Positions 60,280-64,000 of a stretch of 64,000 nt of DNA are shown piece after piece. Each line of letters opens with the position of its first letter. The first letter of the stretch is position 1. This stretch comes from a virus, in the IMG/VR virus record IMGVR_UViG_3300023174_000084, positions 51,581-115,580 of that record; one strand, 5' to 3'. Made by a program: the position numbers and the translations under genes. Under the pieces are notes generated by a model. The model did no database searches. It had not been told where the DNA came from and was given only the letters and a program-made list of their open reading frames with translations.

Positions 60280-61947
60280 CTATTTTTTCATAATTAATTT
60301 GCCTAATTCTGGTAAATAAAGATATTTTAAGTCTGAATTCCGAATGGTTCGTAATGCATCATCCATGGTTTCAACTAAAGTATCTCCTGCTAAATTAAAA
60401 CTGGTATTAAGAAGAATAGGCACTCCAGTTTTTTTGTAAAAACATTCAATGAGTTTATAATAATGTTTGTTTTGTTCTTTGGTTAAAGTTTGTATTCTAC
60501 AAGTATTGTCCACATGTGTGATTGCTGGTATAATTTTTTCTTTACCCTCTCTGACTTTAACGGCATACATCATAAAAGGTGATTCTTCCAAAGAACACAT
60601 TTCAAAATATTCATCAGCATATTCTTTTAATATTGTACCAGCAAATGGCCTAAACCATTCTCTTTGTTTCACAACATTAACAATATCTTTTCCATTTTTA
60701 TTTCTTGGATCAAATAACAAAGAACGATTGCCTAAAGCTCTTGGACCAGCTTCTGACCTTCCTTGATATAACGCCACAATGTTTTGTTCTTCTAGTAATT
60801 TAACAACATAATCATGGTCAACTTCAATTTCTTCTTCATCATCATTTAGTGTGTAATTATATTCGGGTAAAGGGCCGAGATAATAGGCTTTTTGTTTTCT
60901 TATTGTTTTATCAGAAAACAACTTATGGTGTAACCACTTTGCTGCACCTAAAGATAGTCCACCATCATGAGCGATCGGATCAATAAAGACTTTTACATCC
61001 GATGGTATATTTTTTATAAATTCATAGTTTGCAACAACGTTTAAAAATAATCCACCAGATAAAACCAAATTTTTACAACTTGACATTTGTAATGATTTAT
61101 TGACCATTTCTACAACATATTCTTCTGTTGCTTTTTGAATGGTAAAACATAGATTTTCTTTATCATATTTTTCAAAACCTACAATATTTGGATTATTAAA
61201 ATCCTCAACGAGTTGTCCTGTTTCGTCTTTATATAAATGCATGTTGTATAAATTTTTATTTAATAATTTTTCTCCGGCTATATTAACAAATATTTCTGGT
61301 ATAGAATTATCTTTTTGACCATAAGCACTAAGTCCCATAGTTTTACCACAATCCAGATTACAAAAACCTAACTGCCTGGTTAGTCCTGAATAAAGGCAGG
61401 CTATGTTTGGTTGAGATACAAAATTATGTATCGATTTATAGTTATAGATTGGATCAACTCCATATGTATTCATATACTTTTTATACATCGGAGTTAATCC
61501 ATCATTATAATTTGCTAGATAAACACTTTCACACTCGTTACCATTATGATATCTCTCAAATTGTTTAAATTGTCCACCACCATCAATCACCAAGCATATA
61601 GCTTCACTAAATCCTGAAGAATAAAAAGCACTGGATGCATGAAATATGTGGTGTTCATCAACAAAATGAGTAATTTGAAAATTAGTTGAAATTAATTTAA
61701 ATTTAACTAAAATACCTTTTACACATAAAAAATTGTAGCTATTACTTCCATTTTCTGCACCGACTATTACATAATCTAATTTTTTTGTATAACTGGTAAT
61801 TTTTGATAGTGTGTGATAAAGGTATTCATCATGTTTAACACGGCTCAATCTATCTTCTTCTAAGAAGAAAATCACCTCTCCGTTTTTTAATAGAGTAACA
61901 GAAGAATTATGATTTAAGTTTAATCCTAAAATCCAAATATCAGACAT
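60280..61947 (-). CDS. Carbamoyltransferase, CmcH/NodU/TobZ family
   Basis: HNSS, EEDRLSRVKH, EHHIFHA, VIDGGG, GKTMGLSAYG, SGGLFLNVVAN, GRSEAGPRALGNRS, KQREWFRPFA, LLNTSFN. Confidence 0.95.
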   Translation of the reverse strand: MSDIWILGLNLNHNSSVTLLKNGEVIFFLEEDRLSRVKHDEYLYHTLSKITSYTKKLDYVIVGAENGSNSYNFLCVKGILVKFKLISTNFQITHFVDEHHIFHASSAFYSSGFSEAICLVIDGGGQFKQFERYHNGNECESVYLANYNDGLTPMYKKYMNTYGVDPIYNYKSIHNFVSQPNIACLYSGLTRQLGFCNLDCGKTMGLSAYGQKDNSIPEIFVNIAGEKLLNKNLYNMHLYKDETGQLVEDFNNPNIVGFEKYDKENLCFTIQKATEEYVVEMVNKSLQMSSCKNLVLSGGLFLNVVANYEFIKNIPSDVKVFIDPIAHDGGLSLGAAKWLHHKLFSDKTIRKQKAYYLGPLPEYNYTLNDDEEEIEVDHDYVVKLLEEQNIVALYQGRSEAGPRALGNRSLLFDPRNKNGKDIVNVVKQREWFRPFAGTILKEYADEYFEMCSLEESPFMMYAVKVREGKEKIIPAITHVDNTCRIQTLTKEQNKHYYKLIECFYKKTGVPILLNTSFNLAGDTLVETMDDALRTIRNSDLKYLYLPELGKLIMKK

Positions 61948-61958
61948 TTTTTATTATT

Positions 61959-62444
61959 TTAAATATACATTTTCATAATACCGATTGTAGTCAGAGCATC
62001 AGTATGTAGTATACCGATACCACCATCTTCCCTCCATTGGTCAATGTTCTGTGTCGTATCATCAATCAATATATGGTCAGGCTTTGCATACTGTCTTTTC
62101 AGTCTTTTACCTGGTACCAGATTGATTGGATAATGTATACCATGCTCACGCAACCATTCTGTTTTTTGAGGAGCAATAGCATCATGTCTTTTTTCAGATG
62201 CAGTTGAAGATAAAATCTCTACAGGAATACCTGTGCTGTCTAAAAACTGTAACAATATTTTTGCATCTTGGGTCATGTCTAGTTTGGCAAATTGTCCAGT
62301 TTCAATAAAATTATCAAACAATTTATAGAATTCTTTTTTATCGTCTGCCTCTTTTGGTGACATTCTATACAATTCTTTGTATTGCTTATCGAAATCGGCA
62401 ATCACACCATCCATGTCCAAGTAAACTTTGGTAATCTTACGCAT
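61959..62444 (-). CDS. HAD-superfamily 5'(3')-deoxyribonucleotidase-like protein
   Basis: Motif I YLDMDGVIADF; K..WL; ILIDD. Confidence 0.85.
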   Translation of the reverse strand: MRKITKVYLDMDGVIADFDKQYKELYRMSPKEADDKKEFYKLFDNFIETGQFAKLDMTQDAKILLQFLDSTGIPVEILSSTASEKRHDAIAPQKTEWLREHGIHYPINLVPGKRLKRQYAKPDHILIDDTTQNIDQWREDGGIGILHTDALTTIGIMKMYI

Positions 62445-63045
62445 GTTCTTTAATTCTTTCTTTCAAAATTTGTTTGAACTTATTTTTATCATAAGACAGA
62501 AACGGCTTGTATTTCACACATTTCATTTTAAAATTTGGCCAAACAATATCATCGTATATAATTTTTTGCCACATTGGGAAAAAATTCATCAAATCATCCA
62601 ATATAATTAATGTTTCTAATGTAATATCACCTTGTGATGCATACTGCATGAGTAATGGAAATTCATTTTTATTTACCATTAATAATTGATTTGGATTATC
62701 AACTCTATCTAACAACTTAATTATATCATTTTCAAAGGTATAAGTCAAGCTTTGTTGAGTTTTTAACCACTTTTTGTAATTCTCATCGGCTTCCGGTGTC
62801 ATTACATCACCAATCCATTGAATATTATCTACCACAAAGTTGGCAATAAAAAAGTCCCGTAATTCTGTCAATCCATATTTACGAGATAAACGGTAGAATG
62901 AGTATTTGTCTTTTCTGGTAGAGAATGTTGTTTTGGTAACGTTTGTCTTACCATTGTATTTGATATAGTCGTAACTATCTGATGTGAAATGCAACTTTAA
63001 CGCATGAAACATTGCGAAAGCGGCAAAACCTGAATTTTCAATCAT
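62437..63045 (-). CDS. gp59: Helicase loader
   Basis: ALKLHFT..SYDYIKYNGK, RKDKYSF.RLSRKY, ITLETL.IL, KYKPFL. Confidence 0.92.
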   Translation of the reverse strand: MIENSGFAAFAMFHALKLHFTSDSYDYIKYNGKTNVTKTTFSTRKDKYSFYRLSRKYGLTELRDFFIANFVVDNIQWIGDVMTPEADENYKKWLKTQQSLTYTFENDIIKLLDRVDNPNQLLMVNKNEFPLLMQYASQGDITLETLIILDDLMNFFPMWQKIIYDDIVWPNFKMKCVKYKPFLSYDKNKFKQILKERIKEHA

Positions 63046-63266
63046 TATAATGGGAGTTTGGAACTCTTTTTAATCAAATTTAATTCTTGTGCTTCTTCTT
63101 TAATTTTTGCTTTAAGTGCGGCTGAAATTAAAGTAGAGGCAACTTCAACTTCTAATCCTGTTTCTTTACAATGGTGAAGAATGGCATCCATACGATTGCA
63201 TTTAAGTTTGTCTGCCAATTCTTCTATCATTAAACTGAATTCTTTAATCTCACCTTTTGTTGGCAT
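63045..63266 (-). CDS. gp33: Late transcription coactivator (probable start MPTKGE at 63266)
   Basis: FS..IE.......MDAI...C....E.E....LIS..LK.KI..EA.ELN.I......LPL; upstream of gp59 as in T4. Confidence 0.88.
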   Translation of the reverse strand: MPTKGEIKEFSLMIEELADKLKCNRMDAILHHCKETGLEVEVASTLISAALKAKIKEEAQELNLIKKSSKLPL

Positions 63267-63267
63267 A

Positions 63268-63810
63268 TTATATTCTATTTCGCTCTTTATAAAAAATGTG
63301 GTTACCAATCTGTGTAATTCTTGGCAAATTCCAACCAGGTTTAACATAGTTGGCATGATAATACATAGCTTTCTCTCTGTATAGTGTATCATGTGCAACA
63401 GCAGATGTCAAGGCTTTTTTTGCAACAAGTACCGATTCTTCCCATTGATATGGATTACGAACCATTGAATATACTTGGCCACAGAACCAAGAGAACTGGC
63501 ATACCATTCTGCCATTGATTTCATCTTTTTGTTTTACAACACCACAAACGGTCTTTGGAAATTTACCAGAGTTTACACGATTGAGTGTCACTTGTGCTAC
63601 TGCCAATTTACCCTCAAATGATTCACTTGCAGCTTCATAATAAATGTTTTCAGCTAAACATTGAATTTCGCTGCTGAAGTGCTGACCAGCTTTCTGTGCT
63701 GTGTGTTTATCTACTTGGGCTCGTGCAGTAGGGATTAATAGGTTAATTGCAATCAATACTGATGAGATTGTAATTAAAATTTTGTTTGTAAGTCTTTTGT
63801 TGAAATACAT
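63268..63810 (-). CDS. Cell wall hydrolase, SleB/Hydrolase_2 family, with N-terminal signal/TM (probable start MYFNK at 63810)
   Basis: CLAENIYYEA..ES..GKLAVAQVTLNRV...FP..VCGVV.Q, CQFSW, YYHA.YV.P.W, IGNHIFY. Confidence 0.92.
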   Translation of the reverse strand: MYFNKRLTNKILITISSVLIAINLLIPTARAQVDKHTAQKAGQHFSSEIQCLAENIYYEAASESFEGKLAVAQVTLNRVNSGKFPKTVCGVVKQKDEINGRMVCQFSWFCGQVYSMVRNPYQWEESVLVAKKALTSAVAHDTLYREKAMYYHANYVKPGWNLPRITQIGNHIFYKERNRI

Positions 63811-63830
63811 TGTTCTTCCTTTTTGATTAC

Positions 63831-63852
63831 GGCGGTCCAACATCAGACCGCC
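63831..63852 (-). other. GC-rich intergenic hairpin without U-tract
   Basis: GGCGGTC-N8-GACCGCC inverted repeat about 20 nt upstream of the hydrolase start. Confidence 0.55.
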
Positions 63853-63863
63853 TTGGTCTCCAA

Positions 63864-64000
63864 TTACGAATTAGTTTTCGATTTTATTTTAACTTCAGGT
63901 TGTGGAGTGGTTTGAGAAACGAATTGATTGAGAGCTTCCGCTTTCTTTACAATTTCATCTTCATTGGGAAATGGCGGTAACGCCGGGAATTCAGGTGATT
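63864..64000 (-). CDS. 3' end of a hypothetical protein (runs off the right edge)
   Basis: Open frame SPEFPALPPFPNEDEIVKKAEALNQFVSQ...NS* with TAA at 63864-63866. Confidence 0.7.
   Translation of the reverse strand, partial: SPEFPALPPFPNEDEIVKKAEALNQFVSQTTPQPEVKIKSKTNS

Noticed and set aside
63267-63398. Extended N-terminus of gp33 in the ORF track
   Set aside because: Overlaps the hydrolase CDS; gp33-like sequence begins at MPTKGE

Overview
A 64 kb slice of an AT-rich T4-like (Tevenvirinae-related) myovirus genome, read with the standard genetic code. It holds almost the entire virion morphogenesis region. On the minus strand, left to right: gp23 (partial), gp22, gp21, core proteins, gp20, gp19, gp18, gp17, gp16, gp15, gp14, gp13; a ~17 kb fibre/accessory block; a VrlC/DUF4815-like protein, gp8, gp7, gp6, gp25, a split gp5, a gp27-like hub, gp53 and gp48. 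A plus-strand block follows (gp4, gp2, gp54, gp26, gp51-like, two paralogous tape-measure-like genes), then minus-strand gp32, a carbamoyltransferase, a HAD nucleotidase, gp59, gp33 and a SleB-type hydrolase. Four observations stand out. (1) A late-promoter-driven 2OG-Fe(II) oxygenase + SAM methyltransferase + GT4 glycosyltransferase cassette sits directly upstream of two collagen-like fibres at the T4 fibritin position, a candidate phage collagen-modification system. (2) A run of fibre/adaptor genes shares an N-terminal Mtd_N-like head and a C-terminal D-G-G-x-F tail, suggesting daisy-chain or branched fibre assembly. (3) A canonical T TTT TTC -1 slippery site joins gp26 to the gp51-like ORF just before the tape-measure-like genes, as in lambda G/GT. 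(4) Several late genes appear to be leaderless. Two small ORFs missing from the ORF track were also found. All gene names come from recognising sequence motifs and synteny; no database searches were run. No tRNA, CRISPR array, DGR, intron or intein was seen.
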